64,000 bases of DNA from Asterias rubens. Lineage: Eukaryota. The translations under genes and the position numbers were made by a program. The notes beneath the pieces were generated by a model. It was not told the DNA's origin. It made no database searches and saw only the letters and a program-made list of their open reading frames with translations. The DNA is taken from the NCBI RefSeq assembly GCF_902459465.1, contig NC_047072.1:16058001-16122000 (forward strand). Reading direction: 5' to 3'. This document shows, one piece after another, positions 1 to 12,421 of the stretch (positions are counted from its first letter, which is position 1; every line of letters begins with the position of its first letter).

Positions 1-1745
1 CAAGAAAAGCCTAGCCAGCATGATGGAAGTACCCCGCAATTAAATGTAAAGGTTTAGCTGCAGTGTGGGTTTGTTTCTAGAGACAACAAACTTTTCTTTT
101 CTTAAGAGAATTTGTTTCTTCGCACCTTGCACCATTGACCTTGACAATGACGTCACCAACGCGCCATACCAGTTTAGCTTCCTATGAGCGCTGTTTAGGG
201 ATTATTTGACTCCAGAATAGTGGACTCCGCTGTAGGACTCTGCACTTTGGAAATGGGGAAAATAAGCTGATAATTTAAAATTAAAGTTCCACGTCGTTTT
301 CATGTGGTTGACTCATTTTGATAGAGTTGTAAAACTCTCGTATCATTGTCCAGCGGTCATGGGATTCAGTATTGTATGAATTTGCAACTTTCAATTCCTT
401 TATACGAAGTATTGGTTTAGCGTTAAGGTGGTTGTATCATGACAACTCTGCTGGTAAAAGTTACGTTATCGTTTTAACTTTGATCAATAAATCACAATGA
501 GCCGGACTTGAACCCTCGACCTCCGAACAAAAGCATAGGGAGACCACCATCAAAAGGGTTATTGTAGCTCGTTGTCTGCATGCTAACGCGCGGATGTAAT
601 TTTTCTTTCATATGATTATTATGAAACAATAAACTTTAACAAATATAAACTTCGCTATTTTCTTTAACCTCGTCTCCCCAAAGTTTCCCGTTGACGTCTA
701 ATAGACTCAGTTGATAGGCAGTAAGTTGCTACAGGCGGCTCATCAAGTGTAATTGTCAGGACAGTCCTACTGTATGTAAATTTAATCCCTTACACCATTT
801 CTAGTCTACCGTTTAACCGTGACTCTCCACGTGTTACAGTCACCAATGAGACAGAAATGCATAAAACGACCAAACGGTTGAGTTTGGAGTTCATTTCACA
901 TCACCGATCAAGAGAAGGAAGGATGAAATCAAAACATCTCAATTGGTTGCTACAGTCACTGTCTCAGTGTACGTACGGTATGTTGCCTCTGTTACACATG
1001 ATGTGATTATCAGTGACGATACCCAACCATCCCTGTTATGATGAGTGTTCAAATCCTATCCACGATAAGTCAACAGTGAGCTCAGTAAGTACGCACCTAA
1101 ATTTAATCTCAGCTGATAACAATACAGTATGCATGTTAGGCCTATGGAGAACTATGTATCACAGGTGTTTGTCAAATAAATGATCAAAGTTCAGGTTCCA
1201 TACGGTGTTTATACGCAAGCCATAACCGTTATTATTTACACAACTTATGCTTAATTGGGCGAGAAGCCGCTTAAATGAAAAGTACATTGTACGCTACCCT
1301 TCAGGTTGCATTGTGCACAGTGTGTTCCGGTGTATTTATCATCAGTTATGTTTGTGTAAGTGTGTATGGTACAAACGGGTCCTGTTTCAAAACTTATTAC
1401 TTCGACTTCAATTCGGTACCGGTAGCACCACCCAATAATGGAACTACACTGTCTCTAATTCGATGAAGCAACAATCAACATTTTACGTGAGTCAAAATGA
1501 CTAAACATTATTTTGTTAAGCAGACTTTCAGATCGTTCGTTGAAGGAATACTTAAATCATGTTTGTACTTAACTCCGCAGACGAATCCACAGTTGCAGTC
1601 ATGATTGGAGATGGATAGCGGTTCTTAACTTGGTGATGTTGCGGTTCAATGACAACGGAGAATGTGAAACCAGCAATATCAAGATAGCAGCATGTAACAG
1701 TCATTGTGTTACCTTTCAGAACAACAACATCAACCTTTAGACGAG

Positions 1746-2715
1746 ATGGTTCATCAGAAACACATCGCTTCCAGTTCTCCCTGTTTCATCCTACTCATTA
1801 TCTTACATCTTATTTCATTTTCTGGAGTATGCAGTTATAGTGGTATTCATTATACTCGCCGGGGAGACTTAAATATTGGTGGTTTGGTTCCATTACATCA
1901 CTACGATGAGAAGAATCAGCAATGTGGCACGCTTCGTACCTTAGGCGCGTTGAAGCGTCTTGAGGCTATAGTATTCGCTGTAGATTGGATCAATTCAAAC
2001 ACTAGTCTTCTACCAGATATCAATCTAGGCTTTGAGATATTTGACACTTGTTCTTCAAATGCTGTGACTTTGAGAGATTGTTTGAACTTTATACCTCCTC
2101 AGCGATGGACAGGCAATTGCTCTTCATGTAATACATCTGATCCTTGCCCTGAAAATTTACCACCAATAGTAGGTGTCGTCGGAGCACAAAGAAGTGGCTC
2201 TAGTGTCCAAGCAGCTATCTTACTTGGCCTGTACCAAATACCTCAAGTAAGTTACTTATCAACAAGTGATGAACTTAACAATGTATATCGTTATCCATAT
2301 TTCTTGAGGACTGTAGGGCCAGATAGCTTCCAAGTTGCTGCAATAGTAGATATTCTAGTTGAGTATGGTTGGAACTATGTATCGTTCATTAACTCAGATG
2401 ATACATACGGTAAAAGTGCGCAGCAAGAATTTAGAAAGAGAGCCCAAGAACTGAAAATATGTACTGCTATAACAAGAACTGTGTCTTTGTACGCTACCGA
2501 CAAGACATTTGATGAGTTAGTTGATGAGCTTCTGACTTTACAGACTAAAAGTCACGCCATTGTTGTCATTCTATTTGTTCAACTTGAAATGGCAAAAGAT
2601 ATATTTGATTCAGCAACAAGAGCTGGGGCTAATCGTAGATTCATCTGGATAGGAAGTGATGGTTGGGGGAATTATGGAGATGACGCAGTCAAAGGAAATG
2701 AAAATGCCACACTTG
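1746..2715 (+). CDS. Class C GPCR (mGluR-like) 5' coding exon '1A': signal peptide plus N-terminal ~320 aa of the Venus flytrap domain
   Basis: ATG at 1746 followed by a hydrophobic signal peptide (CFILLIILHLISFSGVCS). mGluR-type motifs GDLNIGGLVPLH, LGFEIFDTC, IVGVVGAQRSGSS, IPQVSYLSTS, YFLRTVGPD, DDTYG, WIGSDGW. Ends at CTT G|gtaagt, a phase-1 donor at 2716. The ORF-track start at 1704 is a non-ATG artefact. Confidence 0.93.
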
Positions 2716-3093
2716 GTAAGTTACTGATGACTTTATTGAGAAAATACTGTGTTATTTAGAGTCTTTCTCATTTGTTTTTACAAGAGTCTTGCCATGTGCG
2801 TGTAAAATGACACGATAGCCCATTAATATTGTACATGTCTATGGTATAATGTTAATCTAAAATGGGTCGTGGTTGGGTTTCTATATAAGATAACACATGG
2901 TTCATTGTCTTCGGTTTTCATTCACGATGTTTCCACATAAACCTATAGGAAACTTTAAGAGTTTTATTAACAATAATATATTTGTATTTTCATATTATAC
3001 TGACTCACAGCTATTACAACAAGGCGCCAAAGAGACATGACTTAAAGCAGGCATTACACAATCAAATAATTCTGGTAGTATTTATCGGCATAT

Positions 3094-4629
3094 TATGGTG
3101 TTCCATATGTGCCACCTTTATTCCGATTTTTTTTTTCCGTCGCATTTTTTTTTTCCGTCGCATTTTTTTTTTTTCGTCGCATTTTTTTTTTCCGTCGCAT
3201 TTTTTTTTTCCGTCGCATTTTTTTTGTATTTTTTGTTCCACGTGACTCCCACGTGATGAACTTTGAGCTTTCTAGAAAATGTATACGTTGAGATTTCTTA
3301 AGTGAGTTCCCCCGACGTTTAGTTTATGTCAGTCAAGAAGTTTGGTCTAATGGTGACTTTATAGGCCAATAGACCCCTTGCATATGACGTCACACCCTTC
3401 AAGAAGCGCAAAATAGTGCGCGTGAACTCAAGGTACATTTAGCGTTTTGCGTTATACAAGGGGGTCTATAGACCCCTTGCATAACGCGAACCGCTACACG
3501 GACGCTGAGCTCACGCGCACGTGTTTACGCACAAAGAACAGCTATAGTCCAATCATTTGCCTCCTTTGACCCCAGTGAGGGCGCTTTTTGAGCGTGTGAC
3601 GTCACATGCAAGGGGTCTTCTCCCAAAATGGCGGACAGGATAGGCGCGTTTGAGTGCGCTGCGCGTTGTGCAATGGGTCTATACGGAAATGTTTTAGCGA
3701 GTGCACTTGTGTGTGGAAGGAATGCAATCGCTATTGGCCGCCATGGAGAAACGAAAACTGGGGGCTACCCTGGTTGAATAAGACGAAATAAATTTATAGG
3801 TAAACATACAAATGACGCAAAAAACCCACCCTTGGTCTGGTTTATATTAAGTATTTTATTGTTTTACCACCTACACTCATTTTGAATTTGTGAGTGTCTT
3901 AAAGTCCTAGTCCTCTGTTTGGGTTTATTTTTGTTTTCTAATTAATTTTTGTAAACATGCAATAGTGGTGCATAAACTGTCTCCCCTTAGGCCTTGGGTG
4001 CAGCCATGTCATGTTTGAATAATTTATTTTCATTTAATTCTTTCAGAACAAAATCACTGAGGTGTACCGCTAAATAAATACCATGATTCGATCAAACCAA
4101 GTCAGTTCAGCCCAACGCATTTCTGCTGTGTTCTTACGTTTCCAGTTGGTCAACCCCCCCCCCCCCCCCACCACCACTCAATCAAAATTTCACATAAATC
4201 TCTACGGGACTGTACTATTAGAGGTATGCCTCTTGTATGAATGTTCATTTGTATGCAGTGAATTATTTCTTGCCTCTTAGACCAAAAGTTTCGTTTTCAA
4301 ACATAGGGTAGACCCGGGGTGGGTGCTTAATGGACGCTTGAATGAACTAAACGTCGGGGGAACTCACTTAAGAAATCTCAACGTATACATTTTCTAGAAA
4401 GCTCAAAGTTCATCACGTGGGAGTCACGTGGAACAAAAAATTAAAAAAAAATGCGACGGAAAAAAAAAATGCGACGGGACAAAAAAATGCGACGGAAAAA
4501 AAAATGCGACGGAAAAAAAAAAAATGCGACGGAAAAAAAAAATGCGACGGAAAAAAAAAAATGCTACGGAAAAAAAAATGCGACGGTAAATAAAAATCGG
4601 AATAAAGGTGGCACATATGGAACACCATA
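3094..4629. mobile_element. Non-autonomous foldback-type DNA element with ~230-285 bp TIRs containing internal CCGTCGCAT(n) subrepeats
   Basis: 3094-3324 is the near-perfect reverse complement of 4345-4629 (termini TATGGTGTTCC...GGAACACCATA). It is flanked by the direct repeat GCATAT at 3088-3093 and 4630-4635. No transposase ORF. Confidence 0.85.
3369..3684. mobile_element. Nested/tandem short palindromic MITEs with TAGACCCCTTGCA-type ends carrying TGACGTCA
   Basis: TAGACCCCTTGCA at ~3369 and ~3469, inverse copies ending ~3468 and ~3618, another GGGTCTATA at ~3676-3684, and TGACGTCAC just inside the outer ends. Confidence 0.6.
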
Positions 4630-5426
4630 GCATATGGCTTGAGATTTGAAAACAAAAAATTAAAAGAAAAACTTAAAAAAAAACATAGTCACCACAAACC
4701 GACACTTTACATGTTAAAGACGCGGGTCGCGTAAAAACGCTACCGAACATACGTCAACATTTATCTCTCAGATAAAAAAGCGCACAAACCAACACTATAG
4801 TAAATCACAACCAGTTAAGAATAGAGAGTATATAAATAACTTCATTTTGGATTGTTGTTTTCATATAAAAAATAACAATCGCTATTTCTTGTTAAAACAA
4901 AAAATAGATACTAAAAGACGAGTAGGTCTGACAGTACATGCGACGGTTTCACAATAGGCCTACTGCTGATGGTATAACAAACCTCTCTTATAACAAACTG
5001 ATTTATCCCTAACCCACATATCAAATAATGTGAACATTATTCTGCAAATAGTAATTAATTTAATAGACTTCCCACGATTGATCTGTATGCCTATATTTGG
5101 GATTCCCTTGAAATTGCCTTGAAAGAACTATACCATTGTTTGGTTGTATGATTCCATTGTGAAGCTATGGTTATGGCACTTAGGGTGTCCATTTTCAGAT
5201 CCTTATGCTGTTTTATTGACTACGTTGACTTGTTCTCCTGGTACCCTACCCTGGCCTGGATCCATATAATATAAATATACCATCAAGAATAGAAGACAAC
5301 AGCTGGCAGCTAAAATGATTGATAGTCTGAAATGATCAAAAGTTCAGTCAAAGGTACATCAATATGTAGAAGTAACGAGCATGAACTCTCATTGCAAGAT
5401 ATACATATATCGCTTTACATTGTGCT

Positions 5427-5660
5427 TTAAAGGCACAGGACACTTTGGGTAACTGTCAAACACCACATCCTCAGTTAATGTATCCCAATATAATATGCAC
5501 AAAATAACAAACCTGTGAAGGTTTGAGCTCAACTGGTCGTCGAAGTTGCAAGAGAAAAAGAACAAGAAAAAAAACCCTTGTTCCACAACTTTGTGTGCTT
5601 TCAGATGCATTATAAAAGGCTTTATATCAACAGCTCTCCATTGCTCGTAACAAAGTAAAC
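5427..5660. mobile_element. Partial TTAA/AGGCA-ended MITE (Kolobok/T2-like), opposite orientation to the 14064 copy
   Basis: Begins TTAA AGGCACAGGACAC; reverse-complement similarity to the 3' half of 14064-14436 and 8568-8942. Confidence 0.7.
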
Positions 5661-7242
5661 AAATATTGTGAACACTTATTTTGAGTATAGTGTCCAGTGC
5701 TTTTTAGTGCATTTAGTTTATATAAAAGGCGTTTTGTTGCAAGTTGACATTGTGTTGTGTAAACCTCCAAACAAATTAGACCAAAAACGACTGCGCTTAT
5801 TTAATAATCTCTCCGTAAACACTCACCAAACTAAAAGGGAAATAGTCGTCTTACAAACATCCGAAAGAAGTTGCACAGTACTGTGTTAATGCGAGGGTGT
5901 TAAATAACTTGATGTTTATTGTTTTTATCAGGATATTAAACTGTAAAATTTTCACGCGTGGAAATAAAGTAACCCCAATAATATGTCCATTGCACAAATA
6001 GATATAAAAGCAAGAGAACAACATGTTGCATTTTATAGTGTAATACTACCTTTTTAAGAGTCTATAAAACAACCACAATGGTATTCAGACATTGTACATC
6101 GGTTGCCTTGTTCTTTTGTTTTGGTAACCAGCATTGGGTTTATGCAACTTGAGACAGAACGTGTGGGTAGATTCAATCAACATTGGAGGTGTCACCAATG
6201 AATTTATTCTAAGAGGACAGAAAGGCCAAAAAAGTAATCCTTATTGATATTGCAACAATGAGTATCAATATCATATCATTCTAATGGCACCGAACAAAGA
6301 TATTGACTATTATAGGTAGACCACCAACCTAGGGCTGGAGAGCTCATCAGAGAAAGCCGATACGTTAACCTGGAGGTCTTTGGTTCAAGTCTTGCTCCAG
6401 TCATTTTATTTTATTAAAACACAAACCATAACATCATTTGGTTATTCCTCTGTCAGTCAGCCACTATTGTAGTGCCAATAATTGACCCCAGTTCTTTCCT
6501 ACATGGCTCCAGCCAGACTCGGGATTGAAATCGTTTGGCGTCGGTTTACAAACAATGATCGGGAGGACATTGTGCTTTGAAGCGAATGATTGGAGTATTT
6601 GTTCACCCTTGTTGATGTCATTGGAACTACTGTTCTTGATTCGAGTACAAGATTTGAATAATGGTCCGAAGTACACACTTTCCAAGTCATTCAAATAATC
6701 TCCACCTATGTTATAATAGTAAGACCTTCATAAAGCCCTTGCGTGTTTGAAAGGAAAGCTGTGCCCTACGACAATCACTTTTACATATTTATGACAATAA
6801 AAAACGAACTATATTGAAAGCCTACAGAAGCTTTCGAAGCAAGTTCAGAAATATTTAATTTGGTTATGTAAAAAGATATCAGCATTTATGCTCCAAAATT
6901 TGAATTTGAGAATTGGTTACTGTCAGTAACACTTATCAGATTGTGTAACAATAGAATTGGTTACTGTCAGTAACACTTATCAGATTGTGTAACAATTTTG
7001 ATATTTTCTAAATCTTAATTATGTGGAAATAAATGTTTCTATAATGAAATGAAATTATACTTTAGGGATTTTCGGCAATATCGCGACCACCATTCGAGAT
7101 GAAATGTTCACTTGTTAGTTTATTGTACATTTAAACACTTATATCAGGATTAAATTAGGAGTCAAATGATTCCACAAACTAAAGTTATACTCTACCTTTA
7201 ACGCTTTGTTGTCGAGTAATTAACATTTAACAACTTCAATGT

Positions 7243-7624
7243 TGAAGGAACACGTTGCCTTGGATCGGTCGAGTTGGTCTTTGAAAAGCGTTTGTAACCG
7301 TTTGTTATAAAATGCATATGGTTAGAAAGATGATTAAAAGTAAAATACAATTATCCACACACATTTGCCTCGAAATTGCGTGGTTTTCCTTTTACTTTGC
7401 GAACTAACACGGTCGGCCATTTATGGGAGTCAAAGATTTGACTCCCATAATGGCCGACCGTGTTAGTCGACGAGGTAAAAGGAAAACCACGCAATTTCCA
7501 GTGAAACTTGTGTGGATCATTACTTTGAAAATATCTTTCTAATCATATGCATTCTATAACAAACGATTACATACGCTTTTTCAAAGACCAACTCGACCGA
7601 TCCAAGGCAACGTGTTCCTTTAAC
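7243..7624. mobile_element. ~380-bp almost fully palindromic MITE (AAGGAACACGTTGCCTTGGATCGGTCGAG...CTCGACCGATCCAAGGCAACGTGTTCCTT)
   Basis: Arms pair over nearly the whole length around a GGGAGTCAAAGATTTGACTCCC centre (~7435). Flanks are TTGA/TTAA. Confidence 0.85.
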
Positions 7625-8567
7625 GTCTACCATGCGAGGCAACCGTCATCTATAAATAATCTGTTTAATCGAGGTTTCAAATCACAGAACTGTGTCATGT
7701 GAATGGGCTTTATAGTAGAATATTCAACACACTTAGCAAAGCCTTGATGCATGTGAATGGGCTTTATAGTAGAATATTCAACACACTTAGCAAAGCCTTG
7801 ATGCCTATTATTGAGGGGGGGGGGGGTGTCACGTGGAAATATAAGTAACCATAATGAGATGTTTGATCAAAAAGAACGTCAGGAAAATAATATTAAACTG
7901 TGACCTATTGTGGAAACATTATAATTTCCTTTGAGGCAATCATATTACATCCATTGGTTCCAGTTTTGCTATATAGAGAGTGTCTTCGCCTTCAAATCAG
8001 AAAAATAGAAAGACAGAACAATTCTGATTCTGAGACTGGTTCAGCTGTGTTTCAAGATGGATTGTCCTTGGCTATGTAATCAATGAGAAAAGCGATGACA
8101 TTGGCATTAGGCTCGACGTACATTCAGGATTACGTCCAATAAATAGGTTGTGCAGTTTGGCCCTGTTTAAAAACATGTGGCAATATAGAAATCCATTAAA
8201 AAGATTAATTTCAAGACCATAAGATACTACCATTTTGGGTTTTGACTCATCAACTAATTCTTCCGAATTAATTATAGGCACATGCTATGTATTGCTGGCT
8301 TCTGCGACTTTACGATGCAGTTTTGAAATTAGAATTCCAATTTGAAGTGTTCAGTTTGTGAAAAATTGTGGCAAGGCTTGTCGGTTTGTATTTTGTCTTA
8401 TTCTCCATGGAATGAAAAAGTGAAACCGAAAAATTTATAAGGCTATATTTGTGGGCCCGATGCATTCATTCTAAATGGTTTTTTTTTTTCAATTGTTACA
8501 ATTTGTTTTTATTCGAAAGGATCAAAGTGACATTACCAGCATAAAAGTTCCCTTTGGACATAATTTG

Positions 8568-8942
8568 TGGACACTATTGGTAATTACTCAAAATAATTAT
8601 AGTTGTTAGCATGAAACATGACTTGGTAACGAGTGATGGGGAGCTGTTGATAGTGTAAGTGAGAAATGGCTCCCTCAGAAGTAACGTAGTTTTCAAGAAA
8701 GAAGCAATTTTCAACGAATTTGATTTCGAGACCTCATAAATAGATGTTGAGGTCTCGAATCAAGCATCTGAAAGCCCACATCTTCGTGTGACAAGGGTGT
8801 TTTTTGCTTTCATTTATTCTCTCGCATTTTTGACGACCAATTGAGCTCAAATTTTCACAGGTTAGTTATTTTATGCATTTGTTGAGATACAGCAAGTGAG
8901 AAGACTGGTCAGAACAATTACCAATAGTGTCCACTGTCTTTA
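8568..8942. mobile_element. TTAA/AGGCA-family MITE copy (left end eroded)
   Basis: GGACACTATTGGTAATT...AATTACCAATAGTGTCC TIRs; body shared with the copies at 14064 and 23321. Confidence 0.8.
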
Positions 8943-9924
8943 TAAAAGATACCGTTTTAGGGTGGGTAGGTTGGGGGTGCGTGTTTACTTTGATGAGCAA
9001 TGTAGCACTGAATCATTCTTAACGGAGCAGACAGTTTATTATCACAATAAAACGGAATGTGACAGTCTCAATAATAAATCGCACTCTACGTTGATCTTGT
9101 AAATTCCAGTCGGAAGAACTTTAGGTGTAAATCAAGTTCTCCGTTGAAAGTGAAGATACATTACTGTTTTTACTGTGCATACGGGAATTGGGCTGGTGTA
9201 CTTTATGATGTCAACTATAACCTATATATACAACTGCCTTATAGCTATACGTGCGAGTATCTGTCATAATAAGAGGGCAGGATGGCATACTAACTTGTCT
9301 TTATTTCCTCCTAGAATGTCTTAAATGTTTGATTTAAACTTTTCTTTAAAATCCAGTGTTGGTGACTGATATAGCTCTATCTTTGATAAAGTAGTCGTTG
9401 TTCCATTAAACAAAGACAGTTACTAATCAGGTCACCCCGTCATGAGCGAATATTGCACTTAAGACAAAAGGAAGTTTAATTGTACTCCTCCAAACATTGA
9501 CTACTGTCTTGTCTTATCGTATCTAATGGACTGGGGGAAAAGGGTCTATCAATCATTGGTTATAGTCACAAACAATCTCAAGATTGTTAAGTAAGGCAAA
9601 GTCTAATGTCTACAATAAAACCATATCGGGTATATTCTTGATAAAGGATAACTTTGCAAAGTAAACTTAATATTGATGAATGGTATGTATAGTGAACGAG
9701 CTGTCTTGTGCATGAAACTCGTGGGTTCGAGTCCCGATCATGTTGTGTCCTTTTAGCAGCAAAATGAGTAAATGAGTGTGCACTATAGAGATGGTTGATG
9801 TAAATGATTAGCAACACGATATCCCAATCAGCAAAATGAGTAAATGAGTGTACACTATAGAGATGGTTGATGTAAATGATTAGCAACACGATATCCCAAT
9901 CAGCGTACATTACTTATTCTTTGT

Positions 9925-10358
9925 TTAAAGGATTCGGGTACTTTTTCAAAATGCCCACAGATTTACATTAAACTTACCTGGTTTGAAGATAATGATAGTG
10001 GAAAGCTTCCCTTGAAATAGTACTAACTAAGGTTGTGTTCGTGTAGTTTTTGAGAAATGAGTAAAACAAGTCACAAAATAATTTTGGTCTCAGAGACCAA
10101 AACTATTTTAGCATGTAAAATCCCGTTAACCAGTTATGATATTATACCAAAACCATAGCATAACTGGTTAATACGTTTTTACATGCTAAAACTGAGACGC
10201 AAATTATTACTTTTACTCGTTTCTCAAAAACTACAGCACCTCGGCAAGTAAAATTCCAAGGGAAGCTTTCTACTATCATAATCTTCAAACTGTGTAAGTT
10301 TAATGTAAATCTGTGGACATTGTGTTTTTTGTTTGGAAAAAGTACATAGACCCTTTAA
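9925..10358. mobile_element. TTAA-flanked MITE with AGGAT/AGGGT ends (Kolobok/T2-like), quasi-palindromic
   Basis: TTAA|AGGATTCGGGTACTTTTT ... AAAAAGTACATAGACCCT|TTAA with internal inverted arms. A partial copy of the same family lies at ~52905-53032. Confidence 0.8.
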
Positions 10359-12421
10359 TGCTCTAATTTAATATATTTTGATGGGCCCTAATAATTATAC
10401 TCAGCTTGAAAACCTACACAATGGGTAATTGTCTTTAGTGCTAATGTTATTTCGAAAAACGTACGTTAACACAACGGGCCCAAGGCATTGTAACAATAGT
10501 ATCTTATTAACAATGTGACATTTGGACAACTATTACTAAACAAAAATGACACGTTGATAAGCAGTTATGACGACTTAATGGACATGTGATTTAATCAAGA
10601 ACTTAATTTAGTTATTAATGAAAACACAAAGACAGTAACGAATGTTAGTTACGCCAAGAACGTTTATTTTGATTATTTCTTTAATTTATTTAAAAGATTG
10701 TTTGTTTCAATGTGTTTATTTGTTTATTTGATTGTTTGTTTGTGGGGGTGTTTTTCGGGGAGTTTGGGGTTTTGTTGTTTTATGTTTATTTATTTATTGT
10801 TTATCTAGGCCCTATTCATAAATTGTTGTAGTTTTTTATATTTCTTATTTCATGTTATCCATTTATCAGAGACAACCATGGTCTCCCGTGGGTCACAGTG
10901 ACACATAAACAATAGTTTACAAAACTACAGTATCATGATTGTGCATTTAAACAATACGCCCCTAGTTTAAAAATCAAAATTCAGAACAATTTGATTGCAT
11001 AAATCCCTATTCACCGTAAGATTGTCATTTTAAGACCGAAATAGTCTGAGATTAAAACAACATCACAACTTCCAGCCCAAGATTCACCAATGCATTATTA
11101 GGTTGGAACTCGGAGCGTTGTTCAAACCAAACGGCTTAATGTTGTTGATACAGTTTGTTAAACTTAGACATCTTCTAATCCTGAATTGCGAGCTACCTGC
11201 CCAACCAAGCACTGAGTGTGTATAGATTACACGCAGATTTCTCTCTATCAACAATCTATTTCAGTCTCTGTATTACACGCTTTCTTTTATCAGATCTCAT
11301 ATTACACTTTCACTTAATCGATTTTGTCCTTTCCTTTCAAACCGTGGTCCAATCTTCGGTATGGTGTTCCCCTATAGTTAAAGCCCAATAACGACAACTG
11401 GATTTACATCTATACTTTATTATCGCTAAATCCAAAGGATCAAAACCAAACGTCTTTAGTGCCCAGATATTTATCAGTTTCAAATTTATGTCGAATTTAA
11501 ATTGTCCAACTCTTGTAACCTTACCAAACACTCTTGCTAGATTTAAATGTATGTACAAAGATTAATATTTTAAATAGTGGTCAGTAGTTTTCATAATATA
11601 ATGTTTATCGGTTTTAATTATTGACGTCCGCCATTCTCAATGCCAATCAGTCAATCCACCCTTTTAACACGTAAAATAAACAATATTTTCCCGCTAAAAT
11701 GGAGAGTAATTCAGTCTTTTTATACTCAATGTTGACAGAAGTATTTCTCGCATCGGCTCCGTCAGTCAATCAAGCAATTATGTCTATTATTATTAAGCAA
11801 TCCCCTTTCATTATAATTATTTAGTCACGTAGCTTACACACTGGAGCTAATGTGAAATAAAGTCAATGATTTCAACTGAAAATGATGGATGTGATTTATT
11901 TAGAAGTCATTAGAAGATATTGGTGGTTGTTAATACATAACCAATTATCTGGCCTTTGTGTATAGATGTAGTGCACTACTCAGAACACGAGTCAATTATT
12001 GATAGAGTCTAATATAGGGCCTACACAATCAATAATTTGTTGACCAAATCTTAATATCTCAGACGTTGAAGTAGATTCAGTGATAAAGCAATCTGACATC
12101 TGATGTTTAGTATAAAATACTCACTCCACAGTTCATTTTTACACAATGCAGCCATTGATTCAAACACTGCCCAGTCCTTGCGCAGAGACGCCATTATATG
12201 ACTTCTAGTAAAATCAGTCTGCTTAATTGTATTCAAACATGTCGTATTAGTCTACTTCGTCTTCTGCATAGACACTATAATCTGACTTCATATGGGAATC
12301 TGTGTATTCATCATGGCGTATTGTCTACTTCTTCATATTTAGAGACATTCTAAAGCTGATGCCATCCACGATGATGACTGAGAACCCTTCATACCAAATA
12401 AGATTCGACTGAGAAACAGAA

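Noticed and set aside
1704-1745. ORF-track N-terminal extensions of the GPCR exons (1704, 15447, 16959) and read-through tails past the donors
   Set aside because: They are non-ATG or intronic sequence; splice sites and homology define the true exon boundaries.
2982-4655. Phe-rich ORFs (FFRRIFFF / FFPSHFF)
   Set aside because: These are translations of the T-run subrepeats in the foldback TIRs.
6464-8281. Short ORFs between exons 1A and 1B as possible remnants of a private exon 2/3 for 1A
   Set aside because: I saw no CRD cysteine pattern, NPW motif or TM-like segments in the listed ORFs or on reading; a highly decayed remnant cannot be excluded without tBLASTn.
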